Program-made: the position numbers and the translations under genes | Part shown: in pieces, positions 51,700-64,000 of the stretch | Layout: each line of letters starts with the position of its first letter | Position numbering within the stretch: the first letter of the stretch is position 1 | Assembly: GCA_964016885.1 (NCBI GenBank) | Contig: OZ024757.1 | Location: forward strand, 19,654,001 to 19,718,000 | Direction of reading: 5' to 3' | Source of the DNA: Eledone cirrhosa | Lineage: Eukaryota | DNA: 64,000 nt | Notes under the pieces: generated by a model | The model's database searches: none | Told to the model about the DNA's origin: nothing | The model's input: the letters and a program-made list of their open reading frames with translations, nothing else

Positions 51700-54030
51700 G
51701 TGGTTTGGTGGCAGTTTAGTGATCTATTGCTGGTTTGGTGCTGGTCTGGTGGTAGTTTGGTGCTAGTCTGTTGGTGGTTTGGTGCTGGTCTGGTGGTAGT
51801 TTGGTGCTAGTCTATTGCTGGTTTGGTGCTGGTCTGGTGGTAGTTTGGTGCTAGTCTATTGCTGGTTTGGTGCTGGTCTGGTTGTAGTTTGGTGCTAGTC
51901 TGTTGGTGGTTTGGTGCTAGTCTATTGCTGGTTTGGTGGTAGTTTGGTGCTAGTCTATTGATGGTTTGGTGCTGGTCTGGTGGTAGTTTGGTGCTAGTCT
52001 ATTGCTGGTTTGGTGGTAGTTTGGTGCTAGTCTATTGCTGGTTTGGTGCTGGTCTGGTGTTAGTTTGGTGCTAGTCTATTGCTGGTTTGGTGCTGGTCTG
52101 GTGGTAGTTTGGTGCTAGTCTATTGCTGGTTTGGTGCTGGTCTGGTTGTAGTTTGGTGCTAGTCTGTTGGTGGTTTGGTGCTAGTCTATTGCTGGTTTGG
52201 TGCTGGTCTGGTGGTAGTTTGGTGCTAGTCTGTTGGTGGTTTGGTGCTAGTCTGTTGGTGGTTTGGTGCTAGTCTATTGCTGGTTTGGTGCTAGTCTGTT
52301 CGTGGTTTGGTGCTAGTCTGTTGGTGGTTTGGTGTTAGTCTATTGCTGGTTTGGTGCTGGTCTGGTAGTAGTTTGGTGCTAATCTATTGCTGGTTTGGTG
52401 CTGGTCTGGTAGTAGTTTGGTGATAGTCTGTTGGTGGTTTGGTGCTAGTCTGGTGGTGGTTTGGTGCTAGTCTGGTGGTGGTTTGGTGCTAGTCTGTTGG
52501 TGGTTTGGTGCTGGTATGGTGGTGGTTTGGTGCTAGTCTGTTGGTGCTTTGGTGCTGGTATGGTGGTGGTTTGGTGCTAGTCTGTTCGTAGTTTGGTGCT
52601 GGTCTGTTGGTGCTTTGGTGCTAGTCTGTTGGTGGTTTTGTGCTAGTCTGTTGGTGGTTTGGTGCTAGTCTGTTGGTGGTTTGGTGCTAGTCTGTTGGTG
52701 GTTTGGTGCTAGTCTGTAGGTGGTTTGGTGCTAGTCTGTTGGTGCTTTGGTGCTAGTCTGTTCGTGGTTTGGTGCTAGTCTGTTCGTGGTTTGGTGCTAG
52801 TCTGTTCGTGGTTTGGTGCTAGTCTGTTAGTGGTTTGGTGCTAGTCTGTTGGTGGTTTGGTGCTAGTCTGTAGGTGGTTTGGTGCTAGTTTGGCGGTGGT
52901 TTGGTGCTAGTCTGGTGGTGGTTTGGTGCTAGTCTATTGCTGGTTTGGTGCTGGTCTGGTGGTAGTTTGGTGCTAGTCTATTGCTGGTCTGGTGGTAGTT
53001 TGGTGCTAGTCTGTTGGTGGTTTGGTGATAGTCTGTTGGTGGTTTGGTGCCAGTCTGTTGGAGGTTTGGTGCTAGTCTGTTGGTGGTTTGGTGCTAGTCT
53101 GTTGGTGGTTTGGTGCTAGTCTGTTGGTGGTTTGGTGCTAGTCTGGTGGTGGTTTGGTGCTAGTCTGTTGGTGGTTTGGTGCTAGTCTGTTGGTGGTTTG
53201 GTGCTGGTATGGTGGTGGTTTGGTGCTAGTCTGTTGGTGCTTTGGTGCTGGTATGGTGGTGGTTTAGTGCTAGTCTGTTCGTAGTTTGGTGCTGGTCTGT
53301 TGGTGGTTTGGTGCTAGTCTGTTCGTGGTTTGGTGCTAGTCTGTTGGTGGTTTGGTGCTAGTCTGTTGGTGGTTTGGTGCTAGTCTGTTGGTGGTTTGGT
53401 GCTAGTCTGTTGGTGGTTTGGTGCTAGTCTGGTGGTGGTTTGGTGCTAGTCTATTGCTGGTTTGGTGCTGGTCTGGTGGTAGTTTGGTGCTAGTCTATTG
53501 TTGGTCTGGTGGTAGTTTGGTGCTAGTCTGTTGGTGGTTTGGTGCTAGTCTGTTGGTGGTTTGGTGTTAGTCTGTTGGTGGTTTGGTGCTAGTCTGTTGG
53601 TGGTTTGGTGCTAGTCTGTTGGTGGTTTGGTGCTAGTCTGTTGGTGGTTTGGTGCTAGTCTGGTGGTGGTTTGGTGCTAGTCTATTGCTGGTTTGGTGAT
53701 GGTCTGGTGGTAGTTTGGTGCTAGTCTATTGCTGGTCTGGTTGTAGTTTGGTGCTAGTCTGTTGGTGGTTTGGTGCTAGTCTGTTGGTGTTTTGGTGCCA
53801 GTCTGTTGGAGGTTTGGTGCTAGTCTGTTGGTGGTTTGGTGCTAGTCTGTTGGTGGTTTGATGCTGGTATGTTGGTGGTTTGGTGCTAGTCTGTTCGTGG
53901 TTTGGTGCTAGTCTGTTCGTGGTTTGGTGCTAGTCTGGTGGTGGTTTGGTGCAAGTCTGTTCGTGGTTTGGTACTAGTCTGTTGGTGGTTTGGTGCTAGT
54001 CTGTTGGTGGTTTGGTGGTGGTCTGGTGGT
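51700..54030. repeat. 22-bp minisatellite GGTTTGGTGCTAGTCTGTTGGT
   Basis: Direct inspection. Built from an 11-bp half-unit. Confidence 0.9.
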
Positions 54031-54259
54031 AAGTTGGTGGTGACCCAATGTCATTATGGTACTAGCACTGGTGGTGAGTTTAGTGTTAGTCAGATGGCAT
54101 TTCATGGTTAGACGCCCAAATCTTCTCTCGTTGAAGCCATTCTCACTCTCTTTCCTTTATTTTCCAACTAGCTACTATTTTCAGGAGAGGTATGACCTAT
54201 GGATGTACTGATAATTAAATTAGTCACAGATTAATCAGACTTACCTTATCAGCCCATGT

Positions 54260-54630
54260 TAATTAAAACACCTGATAAACCTCCTATGAGATATACATTT
54301 ATAGGACGTCAACTAAACCTACATGGGTGTGAGCTGTAACAACATGATGTGACTAGGGTCCCTTTCATTTAAGCACCCAGGAAAACTTCTATGAGATACA
54401 ACCTTGTAGGAAGCCAGCTGAACCTACATAAGTGTGAGCTATAACAACATGATAGGACTGGGACCCCTATCATTAAAACACCCAAGAAACTTATGAGATT
54501 CAACTTTCTTGGAGGCCATCTAAACCTACATAAGTCTGAGCTGTAACATGATATGAGAGGGGTCCTTTTCATTTAAACACCCAGGAAACCTCCTATGAGA
54601 TGCAACCTTACAGGAGGTCATCTAAGCCTA
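54260..54630 (+). repeat. Tandem repeat of about 105 bp, same family as 6700-7140
   Basis: Shared unit motifs. Confidence 0.75.
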
Positions 54631-54700
54631 AATAGGGGTAAGCTAAACCATTGGCTTATTAGAGTGATGGTGACGACGGTGATGATGATGATGATGTCAG

Positions 54701-54734
<34 letters not shown>

Positions 54735-55722
54735 AATCTTGATGATGATGATGATAATCTTGATGATAATCTTGATGACAATGATGTTGATTATGGTTAT
54801 GATGATGGTTATGGTTATGATGATCATGATGGTTATGATGATGATGATGATGGTGGTGGTTGTGATGGTGATGATGGTTGTGATGGTGATGATGGTTGTG
54901 ATGGTGATGGTAGTTATGGTGATTATGGTGTTGAGGGTGGTTATGATGATGATGTTGGTTTTGATGATGATGATGGTTATGATGATGAGGGTGGTTATGA
55001 TGATGCTAAGTAGATACATGATGATATCACACTAATCATATATATTGGACATATTACATAATACACCGCATCAACGACGATAGTGATTATAGTAATTATG
55101 ATGATACCAATATTGATGTGGACGAACATAGATATTGCTGATGGTGCTGTTGCTGTTGCTGATGGTGGTGGTGCTGCTTCTGTTGGTGTCGGTATTGTTG
55201 CTTATAGTGTCAGTGTTGTTGCTGATGGTGTCAGTATTGTTACTGATGGTGTTGCTGCTGATGGTGATGCTGTAGCTGATGGTGTTGCTGCTGATGGTGA
55301 TGGTGTTATAGTGATAATAAACACATCCTATTAAACACATTTCCACACCAGAGCAGAGGCATGGAGACCATCCAAATAATGGTTGTTGGGTATATTTGTT
55401 TGGGTGTGTTTGGGATGGAAGGTTGTTGGGTATATTAGTTTGTGTGTGTTCGGGATGGAAGGTTGTAAAGAGAGAGAGAAAGAGAGAGAGCAAAAGTGGC
55501 AAAGAGAGATGGGAACAGAAAGAGAAAGGGGGAGGGAGAGAGAGAGGTGGTCACTTAAACTAGAATGGATTTAGTTAATTATAGCAGTTGGAGAGATTCC
55601 ACCAACAACTGTTTATAAACACACACACACACACATATTCAAACACATTCGCATACATGTATTCATTCATTCATATATATATATTGATATATATTGATAT
55701 TGATGTGTGTGTGAATAATATA

Positions 55723-55756
<34 letters not shown>

Positions 55757-55872
55757 GAAAGAGAGAGAGATTGTATGTATATATTTTGGTGGGTGTGTGC
55801 ATATATATATATATATATATGCATATATGCATGCATATATCTATCTATCTCTCTATATATCTATATCTATCT

Positions 55873-55943
<71 letters not shown>

Positions 55944-56565
55944 TATATATATACACATATGTATTGTGTAATGCTGTGATTCCTCAGCTAAGAAATCAAA
56001 TCTATAATTATGACGTCTTATTTGTTATTTTTGTATTCACTGCAGTATGGATTAAACAGGGTGGGGCATATTACAGGGAGAAGGGGAGTCCCCTTTAGAA
56101 CCTCCCAATTCCTGTCCTTCAATAGGGCAGTTTATGCTACTGTGAGAGGGGGGAGCCCCCTTTAGGATGTTCCACTCTGCCCTTCAGCAGGGCAGTTTAT
56201 GTTACTGTGAGTGAAAAGTTCCTCTTCAAGGACTTAAGGGAGATTCTAAAGGAACACTGTAACAGCATCGCCACACCGCCCCTTTCAATGTAAAGTTATG
56301 TTGGTACCACAACATCCAGCCCGAAACAAATGAGGTCGTGTAGGTGTCACGACAAAAAAACACACAGTCCACGCTGTAATGTGGCCGTGTAGGTAACAGG
56401 GTAAAAACCTCCCAGTTCCACATTGTAAATGTGGTTGGTGTTAGGAAGGGCATCCAGCCGTAGAAAACCCGCCAGACAGTCCTATGCGAGCAAGACAACC
56501 ACACTTGCCTCAAGTGGGAAAACACCCGTCCAAACCCATGCAAGCGTGGAATAGGGACGTTAAAC

Positions 56566-56610
<45 letters not shown>

Positions 56611-56629
56611 ATATATATATATAATGTGT

Positions 56630-56676
<47 letters not shown>

Positions 56677-56971
56677 AATGTGTGTGTCAATGTCTATATA
56701 TATATGTGTATATATACATATATATACATATGCACATATATATATATATATATAAATATATGTATTGTGAGTCGATCAACTTTCATCAAATAGGAACCCG
56801 AGGAAACAATGTTTCCGTTGATCTTTCTATCAATCGCAACTCCAGGTAGAAGGAGCAATGTGAAATAAAGTGTCTTGCTCAAGGACATAATGCATCACCT
56901 GGTCCACGAATCGAACTCACAACCTCATGATTGCGAATCCAATTCTCTAACCACTCAGCCATATACCTTCA

Positions 56972-57004
<33 letters not shown>

Positions 57005-57005
<1 letters not shown>

Positions 57006-57761
57006 CATCACCATCATCAACATCGTTCATCTTCCAGGCTAGCATGGGTTAGACGGGAATTGTCCCACTTGAGACAAGATTGATTGGGTGACCATGTCTT
57101 GTTCATATAGGACTGTATCTGGCAGGTTTTCTATGGATGGATGCCCTTCCTATCACCAACCACATTTACAGTGTGGACTGGGTGCCTTTTTACTGTGTCT
57201 CCTACACGACCATTTTACAGTGTGGACCAAGTGCTTTTTTGTCGTGACACCTACATGACCACTTTACAGTGTGGACTAGGTGCTTTTTTGTTGTGACACC
57301 TACATGACCACTTGACAGTGTGGACTAGGTGCTTATTGTTGTGACACCTACATGACCACTTGACAGTGTGGACTAGGTGCTTTTTGTTGTGACACCTACA
57401 TGACCACTTTACAGTGTGGACTAGGTGCTTTTTTTCTCGTGACACCAACATGACCACCTTACCGTGTGGACTAGGTGCTTTTTGTTGTGACACCTACATG
57501 GCCACTTTACAGTGTGGACTAGGTGCTTTTTGTTGTGACACCTACATGACTACTTTACAGTGTGGACTAGGTGCTTATTGTTGTGACACCTACATGACTA
57601 CTTTACAGTGTGGACTAGGTGCTTATTGTTGTGACACCTACATGACTACTTTACAGTGTGGACTAGGTGCTTATTGTTGTGAAACCTACATGACCACTTT
57701 ACAGTGTGGACTAGGTGCTTTTTGTTGTGACACCTACATGACCACTTTACCGTGTGGACTG

Positions 57762-57762
<1 letters not shown>
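57005..57762 (-). repeat. SINE tail + 48-bp minisatellite (about 12 units)
   Basis: Reverse complement of the same unit. Confidence 0.88.
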
Positions 57763-57799
<37 letters not shown>

Positions 57800-57804
<5 letters not shown>

Positions 57805-57960
57805 GAAATTAAAAGATGGTTAAAAAAGTTCTATATATATGGAACTTTTTTAACCATCTTTTAATTTCTTCTATATATACTCCAGTTCCATCAACTGTTG
57901 AGTGCTACTTATCTGATATATGCATAGTTTTATTGTTCTACAATAAAGCTCACCTCCTAC
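57800..57960 (+). mobile_element. Fold-back of the family C pLTR 3' end, with tail
   Basis: AGAAGAAATTAAAAGATGGTTAAAAAAGTTC / GAACTTTTTTAACCATCTTTTAATTTCTTCT, followed by ACTCCAG..TTGAGTGC. Confidence 0.7.
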
Positions 57961-57964
57961 ATTA

Positions 57965-58029
<65 letters not shown>

Positions 58030-58198
58030 AGAAGAAATTAAAAGATGGTTAGAAGAGTTCCATGTAATTTATTATGAGCATATCAAGAACAAATATCATC
58101 CTGGGGCGATATTTGCGTTCTCATCAGATAAAATAGGGAGACATGATATGAAGCTTAAAAAAAAAACGCTTGTGAGCAAGGTAGTTTCTAATCAACAT
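58030..58198 (-). mobile_element. Family C pLTR copy with a mutated hammerhead (GAAA->GATA)
   Basis: Reverse-complement homologue of about 20730-20890. Confidence 0.75.
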
Positions 58199-58429
58199 AT
58201 GTATATATATATATTTCGTTTCTGAATTTGTTTAGCAAGATTCTTTATCTGAAATCGTGTGTTGAAACCGATATTGTTATACTTTGGGAGGGTCATGTTG
58301 CCAATAAGAAACACACGCACCAGTTGCTTTCACTTCAATTTAATTTATTATATATTTATAAATTTACAAATTTATAAATTTCTGGTTGGTTGGTTGGTTC
58401 CACAACCAGATAGTTGTTTATATATATAT

Positions 58430-58474
58430 AGTCATAGTTCTTTCGTCACACACTCTGTGACCTCTTCAGTGACT
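58430..58474 (-). ncRNA. Minimal type I hammerhead ribozyme in the PLE 3' pLTR
   Basis: Minus strand reads AGTCA CTGAAGA G GTCACA-gagtg-TGTGAC GAAA GAAC TA|TGACT. Stem I is AGTCA/TGACT, the core is intact and stem II is 6 bp. Confidence 0.85.
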
Positions 58475-58788
58475 GGGGATTTCTTTCTTCGTTCTTCGTT
58501 TCTGTGCCTTTCCTTTCTTCTATCCTACGCCATTTTGTTTGTGTGTGGGTTGCGTGCTCAGTTTGCGCATGCGCCACATCCGGGTGTCTGTGTGTGTTTG
58601 TGTTCATTTTTCTATTTTTCTATTTCTATTTTTCTATTTGTTTGTTTATTTATTTATTTATTGTTGGTTGGTTGTTTGTTCTATGTGTGTGTGTGTTTTC
58701 ATTTTGTCTTGTGTGTGTTTTCATTTTGTGTGTGTTTTCAATTGTAAGTTGTTTGTTCTATGTGTGTGTGTGTGTTTTCATTTTGTCC

Positions 58789-60762
58789 TTAATTGTAAGT
58801 TGTGATGTTACTGTTCCACTCATATTTTCTATTTAATTTTGGTTTTAATTCTTTTATGCTTACTGCCTCTGTAATTTGCCTAAACATTACGTCTTTCTTG
58901 TGTGTGGATTCTATTTTTATTTCTATGCTCTCTAATTTACCCCTGTGTTCTATCTTAGCATGTTGGTAGAGCACAGATGATTCTTTATTATCTTGGAGGT
59001 CTCGCCAGTGTTCATTTATTCGTTCCCCTATACTACGAGCTGTCTCACCTATGTACACTATATTTTTATTTCTACATTGTCCTTCAGTACATCTTATGCT
59101 ATATACTACATTTCTAGTTTTACAGTTAATATGGGGGCTTATTTTACAGGTTATACATTTCTTATCTATACATGAGGGTCTTTGGAACGGGTATGTCTTG
59201 CTAATAAGTGTTTTTACGGAGGTACCAGGTCTTTCTACTATCTTAATATTGAGATTATGTTTCTTTAGGGCCCTTCTAAATTTGTAGGCTAGTTCGCCTC
59301 TAGGGGTTGTATTGATGAACATTACACTCTGGTATTTATTGCTATCATACCATGAGTTTATTCTATTGGCCTTGTTCTTAGTTCTTTCTATTCTATTCCA
59401 AAATTTGCTCCTATACAAGGGGCAGGTCCCATTTATGTCATTATTTACCATTTTTTCCCATTTGGTTCTGGCTCCTTTATACACTCTGATTCTATCTCTC
59501 TGATTGTAGCCAGAGAACTGCATACGGTGGATGAAGTGTTGTATGTGTCTCTCCAGTTCTTCGGGGTTGCACATGCGGGACACATTTCTCATCACCCGTA
59601 CCAAATCCGCAATCAGTATGTTGATTTTGGTATGGTCCGAAATGGCCGAGTTTCGGTGGATCAGATGTTTGGAAGTCATGGGTTTGGCATAATGGGAATG
59701 AAGGATTTGTTTTTGGTTGTTAATTGTATCTAACCAGAGCTCTGTGTCTAGTACAGGTAATCGATGGTTGGGGTGTCTACTTGGGTAGTCTATAGTAACT
59801 CTAATGCTCTGGTGGATGGAGTTTGCTATTTGCTGGATGCTTTCCATTGTGTTTTTCTCTAGTTCTTGACTGTTCTTTAGTGGGGGTGTCTTAACTACGA
59901 TGTTTATATCATCTACGTAGCGGGAGTACATTATCAGGGTTAAGCTGTCTTCTAATTGTTCATTAAGTTTTTGTTTAAGTCTACTGTCCCACCATACCAT
60001 GAATAAGTTAGCTATGTCGCCTGCAATGCTAACACCAATGGCTGCTCCTTCCTCTTGGGCATATGTTTTACCATTAAATTTGAACATATGTTCCTTAAGG
60101 GTTAATTTTATGCTGGCCCCTACCGCATGTGCAATCATTTTCTTCAGTTCATCGTGGTTTTCGGGTGTCCGTATGGCTCTGGTCCACCCGTTCCATCTAT
60201 CTGTGTGGGTTTTCTTGGCCATTGAGGTAATGGTAGGTGGTCTGCCTCTTGCTGGTCTTGTAGGGCACAGGTTGCTAAGGTCATAAGTGTCTAGGTAACT
60301 ATTACTATGGGTAAGCTTAAGTAGAAGTCCCAGCTCACTGGTATCAATCCCTCGGAACTCAACCTTGCTCTCGCTGATCATTTCGACGCATTTCTCCACA
60401 GCAAAATCCACGCCAATAGATGGATACAGGGACACAACATCCATACTACCTATTATGAAGTTTGTTAGGTCCCTAGATCGGTTACTCGCGCCGATTCTGC
60501 TGAGGAGGTCCTCCGTGCTGTCACATACATCTGGGGACATCTCAATGATGGGGCGTATGATCAGGGAGAGGAAGTAGGACAGTCTGTAGTTACTAGCAAT
60601 GTTAGCCCCACAGACTGGCCGTGTTGGTGGTCCCGCGACAGGGTCCCAGCCCGTTTTATGGTCTTTTCGAAGCCCATACAACGCCGGCACGTCATTGTTC
60701 CAGGCCTGGAAGTTGTTGGCAGTCCTTTTGTTGGGCTGCATTATATTTGTCCACATCACCAT
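58789..60762 (-). CDS. Penelope-like element polyprotein: reverse transcriptase + Cys-rich linker + GIY-YIG endonuclease (5'-truncated)
   Basis: 657-aa ORF with PLE RT motifs LYGLRKDHK, TRPVCG, SMDVVSLYPSI, QEEGAAIG, YSRYVDD and LPVLD. Linker CIDKKCITC. GIY-YIG domain NVVYSIRC...YIGETARSIGERINEH...EAVSIKELKPKLN. The frame extends upstream of the ATG (HEDREKTLNAH) to about 60795, where it is cut off. Confidence 0.95.
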   Translation of the reverse strand: MVMWTNIMQPNKRTANNFQAWNNDVPALYGLRKDHKTGWDPVAGPPTRPVCGANIASNYRLSYFLSLIIRPIIEMSPDVCDSTEDLLSRIGASNRSRDLTNFIIGSMDVVSLYPSIGVDFAVEKCVEMISESKVEFRGIDTSELGLLLKLTHSNSYLDTYDLSNLCPTRPARGRPPTITSMAKKTHTDRWNGWTRAIRTPENHDELKKMIAHAVGASIKLTLKEHMFKFNGKTYAQEEGAAIGVSIAGDIANLFMVWWDSRLKQKLNEQLEDSLTLIMYSRYVDDINIVVKTPPLKNSQELEKNTMESIQQIANSIHQSIRVTIDYPSRHPNHRLPVLDTELWLDTINNQKQILHSHYAKPMTSKHLIHRNSAISDHTKINILIADLVRVMRNVSRMCNPEELERHIQHFIHRMQFSGYNQRDRIRVYKGARTKWEKMVNNDINGTCPLYRSKFWNRIERTKNKANRINSWYDSNKYQSVMFINTTPRGELAYKFRRALKKHNLNIKIVERPGTSVKTLISKTYPFQRPSCIDKKCITCKISPHINCKTRNVVYSIRCTEGQCRNKNIVYIGETARSIGERINEHWRDLQDNKESSVLYQHAKIEHRGKLESIEIKIESTHKKDVMFRQITEAVSIKELKPKLNRKYEWNSNITTYN

Positions 60763-60806
60763 ATGGGCATTGAGGGTTTTTTCTCTATCCTCATGCTATA
60801 AAGTAT

Positions 60807-60850
<44 letters not shown>

Positions 60851-61016
60851 GTAGGTGTGTGTGTGTGTGTGTTTATGTAAGTGTTTGTGGAATATAAAAT
60901 GAGGGCGTTGACACTGAGAAAATATGCTCTCCTCAAGAGAGGTAGCTGTTATCTGTGTCATTATATCATGTAATTATAGCTACTGGTTTACACCAGTATT
61001 TAGCTGTATATATATG

Positions 61017-61047
<31 letters not shown>

Positions 61048-61192
61048 GTGTATATATATATATGTGTATATGTATATATGTGTATATATATATATGTGTA
61101 TATATATATATGTGTATATATATATATATATGTATGTATATATATATACGTGTATATATATGTATATATATGTGTATATATATATATATGTG

Positions 61193-61223
<31 letters not shown>

Positions 61224-61314
61224 GTGTATATATATATATGTATATATATATATGTGTATATATATATATATATATTTGTATGCACACATATATATGTATA
61301 TATATATATTTTTA

Positions 61315-61355
<41 letters not shown>

Positions 61356-61545
61356 ATATATATATGTATATGTATATATATATATATGTGTATATATATA
61401 TATGTGTATATATATATATATATATATGTGTATATATATATATATATCTGTATGCACACATATATATGTATATATATATATTTGTATGCATATATATATA
61501 TATATATATATTTGTATGCATATATATATATATATATTTGTATGC

Positions 61546-61620
<75 letters not shown>

Positions 61621-61670
61621 CTAGTGTGGAAGATAGACGTTAATCGATGATGATGGTGATGATATATATG

Positions 61671-61751
<81 letters not shown>

Positions 61752-62412
61752 ATGTATATGTATATATGGGTGTATGCATGCATGTGTGTTGTGTGTATAT
61801 ATGTGTACTTGTGTATGTGTGTGTATGTTTATATATATCTGTTGATGCGTACAGGTGTGTCTGTATATGCGTGTGTATGTCTGTATATATGTGTGTGTAC
61901 AACAACAAAAAATGTAAATAAAAATGTACATAAATAAACACAAACAATAATAACACCAACAAAAATAACAATAACAGCAATAACACCTCCCACCACCACC
62001 AACAACCATAACACCACCAACAACAACACCACCACCAACACCAAAAACAATAACACCTCCCACTACCACAAACAACAATAACACCACCACCAACACCAAA
62101 AACAATAACACCTCACACCAACAACAATAACACCACCACCACCAACACCAACAACAATAACACCACCACCACCAACGACAACAACAACAATACCACCACC
62201 ACCACCACCACCAACAACAACACCACCACTACCACCAACACCACCACTACCACTACCACCAACAACAACAATACCACCACCAACAACAATAACACAACCA
62301 CTACCACCACCAACAACAACAACAACACCACCACCACCAACAACAATAACACCACCACTACCACCAACACCAACAACAACAACAACACCACCACCAACAA
62401 CAAATGTAAATA

Positions 62413-62629
62413 AAACTGTATACAATAAATATTTTTGTTTTAAATAACTAAATATATATTTATAAATATTTTTTCTTATCTTCTTTCAGGTGAGTATCAC
62501 TTTCTACCTGGCTGTGATTAATATATTGGTATTTTACCTACTTTAAGGTAATGTTTTGAACTTAACTATTTATATATCATGACACCATTACCATAACTTC
62601 GAAGTCACTGTCATCTCTTCAGAAAATAT
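62413..62629 (+). other. Duplicated 217-bp block (copy B)
   Basis: Same sequence at offset 61839. The exon-like segment 62490-62547 is identical to copy A. Confidence 0.6.
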
Positions 62630-62756
62630 ATCTTCTAATCTCTCCATATGTATTAAGTGTTAAAATAACAGGCCATGGACCTGTCATTTTTATCTAAAGA
62701 CATTTTTTCCAATTCCAACCCACCCGTCCCCTCAATTTATCTTATTTCTCATTCTT

Positions 62757-62792
62757 TCTTCTGATGAAGGACTAGGATCCGAAACGTTAAGA
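62757..62792 (+). ncRNA. Minimal hammerhead ribozyme (family B)
   Basis: TCTT CTGATGA A GGA-ctagga-TCC GAAA CGTT|AAGA, within the pLTR fragment at 62665-62875. Confidence 0.82.
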
Positions 62793-62892
62793 CAGACACT
62801 CTTCCTGCTTTATAACCTAATATATCCCTTCCATATACTCTACCGATTGTGTTGTTATTTGTATTTACCTTTTACATATATATGTATGTATG

Positions 62893-62952
<60 letters not shown>

Positions 62953-63069
62953 CATGTATATATATATATACATATCTCTCTCTATATATATATATATACA
63001 TATCTATATATATATCTATACATATATATATATATATATATATAAACATATCTATATATATATCTATAC

Positions 63070-63145
<76 letters not shown>

Positions 63146-63151
<6 letters not shown>

Positions 63152-63280
63152 ATACTTTGGGAGGGTCATGTTGCCAATACGAAACACACGCACCAGTTGC
63201 TTTCACTTCAATTTATTATAATATTGGTTTCAACACACGATTTCAGATAAAGAATCTTGCTAAACAAATCAGAAACGAAA
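63146..63280. mobile_element. Solo rearranged pLTR end of the same PLE (inverted body + direct tail)
   Basis: TATTGTTATACTTTGGGAGG...TTATTATA (reverse of the pLTR body) is joined to ATATTGGTTTCAACACACG...GAAACG (the tail), inside (TA)n. Confidence 0.8.
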
Positions 63281-63293
63281 TATATATACATAC

Positions 63294-63349
<56 letters not shown>

Positions 63350-63571
63350 GCCTTTCATAGGTTATAGATTCCATACACTGGTGTTTTTGTTTCCTTGTTT
63401 TATTGATAATGCACTGTATATCTCTCTCTGGTGTGTTACCTTTTCAACATATTGTATTTTAAAGAGCTCAGGATTTCTTGTCTTTTGAGCACATTATTTA
63501 CAGGGAATAGCGAGGGCCTATGCCTCCGTTAATTTATCATGATATATATATATATAAATATATATATATAT

Positions 63572-63762
63572 AGTTTTAATATAGATGAGATTCTACAGGA
63601 CTAGAACTGTTTCATTCTTTAGAAATCATCAGATTCCTGATGATTTCTAAAGAATGAAACAGTTCTAGTTCTGTAGAATCTCATCTATATTAAAACTTTT
63701 ATACTCTGCAATGTATTGAGTACATTACTTACTGTGGTTACCTCCGATTCAACCCGGAATAA
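63572..63762 (+). mobile_element. Second fold-back mini-element of the same family
   Basis: Arms at 63572-63632 / 63637-63697 around ATTC. Same core (CTGATGA TTTC-taaa-GAAT GAAA) and same tail. Confidence 0.8.
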
Positions 63763-63789
63763 CGTACGTATATATATATATATATATAT

Positions 63790-64000
63790 ATGTGTAATAG
63801 TAATATACGTGAACGGCAAAGCATAAACGAACTAAGGAAAAAATTAGAAATAAGAGGGATCAGATGTTGTTTACTCGAGAGAAGGCTACGTTGGTATGGT
63901 CACGTGATGCGCATGAAAGACGACAGCTGTATAACAAAGTGCAGGGCAATAAAGATAGATGGTAGCCACGGAGTAGGCAGACCCAGAAAAACCTGGGACG
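63790..64000 (+). mobile_element. RTE-clade LINE fragment, same family as 5590-6060, running off the window
   Basis: RRLRWYGHVMRMKDDSCITKC...GVGRPRKTWD. Confidence 0.8.

Larger units (their letters stand above)
58213..60815 (-). mobile_element. Penelope-like retroelement copy: ORF, 3' pLTR with hammerhead and tail, short inverted pLTR piece at the truncated 5' end
   Basis: The 3' UTR (58213-58788) matches the copy at 32.6-33.5 kb. AAGTATAACAATAT at about 60801-60814 is an inverted copy of the pLTR end. Both flanks are (TA)n. Confidence 0.88.

Noticed and set aside
54239-54272. Perfect minus-strand donor AAG|GTAAGT
   Set aside because: The nearest acceptor lies in a tandem repeat and the 27-nt segment has stops in all frames. 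There is no further support.

Overview
Repeat-saturated animal genomic DNA, most likely an octopod cephalopod (inferred from the tRNA-headed CORE-like and Meta-like SINEs, the RTE LINE remnants and the extreme microsatellite load). It is probably intronic or intergenic. The only long genuine ORF is a 5'-truncated Penelope-like element (PLE; RT + GIY-YIG, 58789-60762, minus strand). Nearly all other ORFs in the track are simple-repeat artefacts. The main hidden signal is a dispersed set of about a dozen PLE-type minimal hammerhead ribozyme (HHR) motifs from at least five sequence families. With them are about seven small fold-back elements built as (TA)n - inverted arm - direct arm - short tail, often with an RCTC..GAGY hairpin in the tail. 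The arms co-vary within each copy, and three copies of the ORF-bearing family break at one fixed site (AACAATAT). Other observations: a near-identical 217-bp block duplicated 61.8 kb apart carrying a polypyrimidine-AG|GTGAGT junction (recursive-splice-like), two candidate minus-strand micro-exons, a 70-bp satellite with a visible 30->35->70 bp unit gradient, SINE- and LINE-seeded minisatellites, and piggyBac-, hAT- and Tc1-type MITEs. Coordinates were read by eye and may be off by a few bases.
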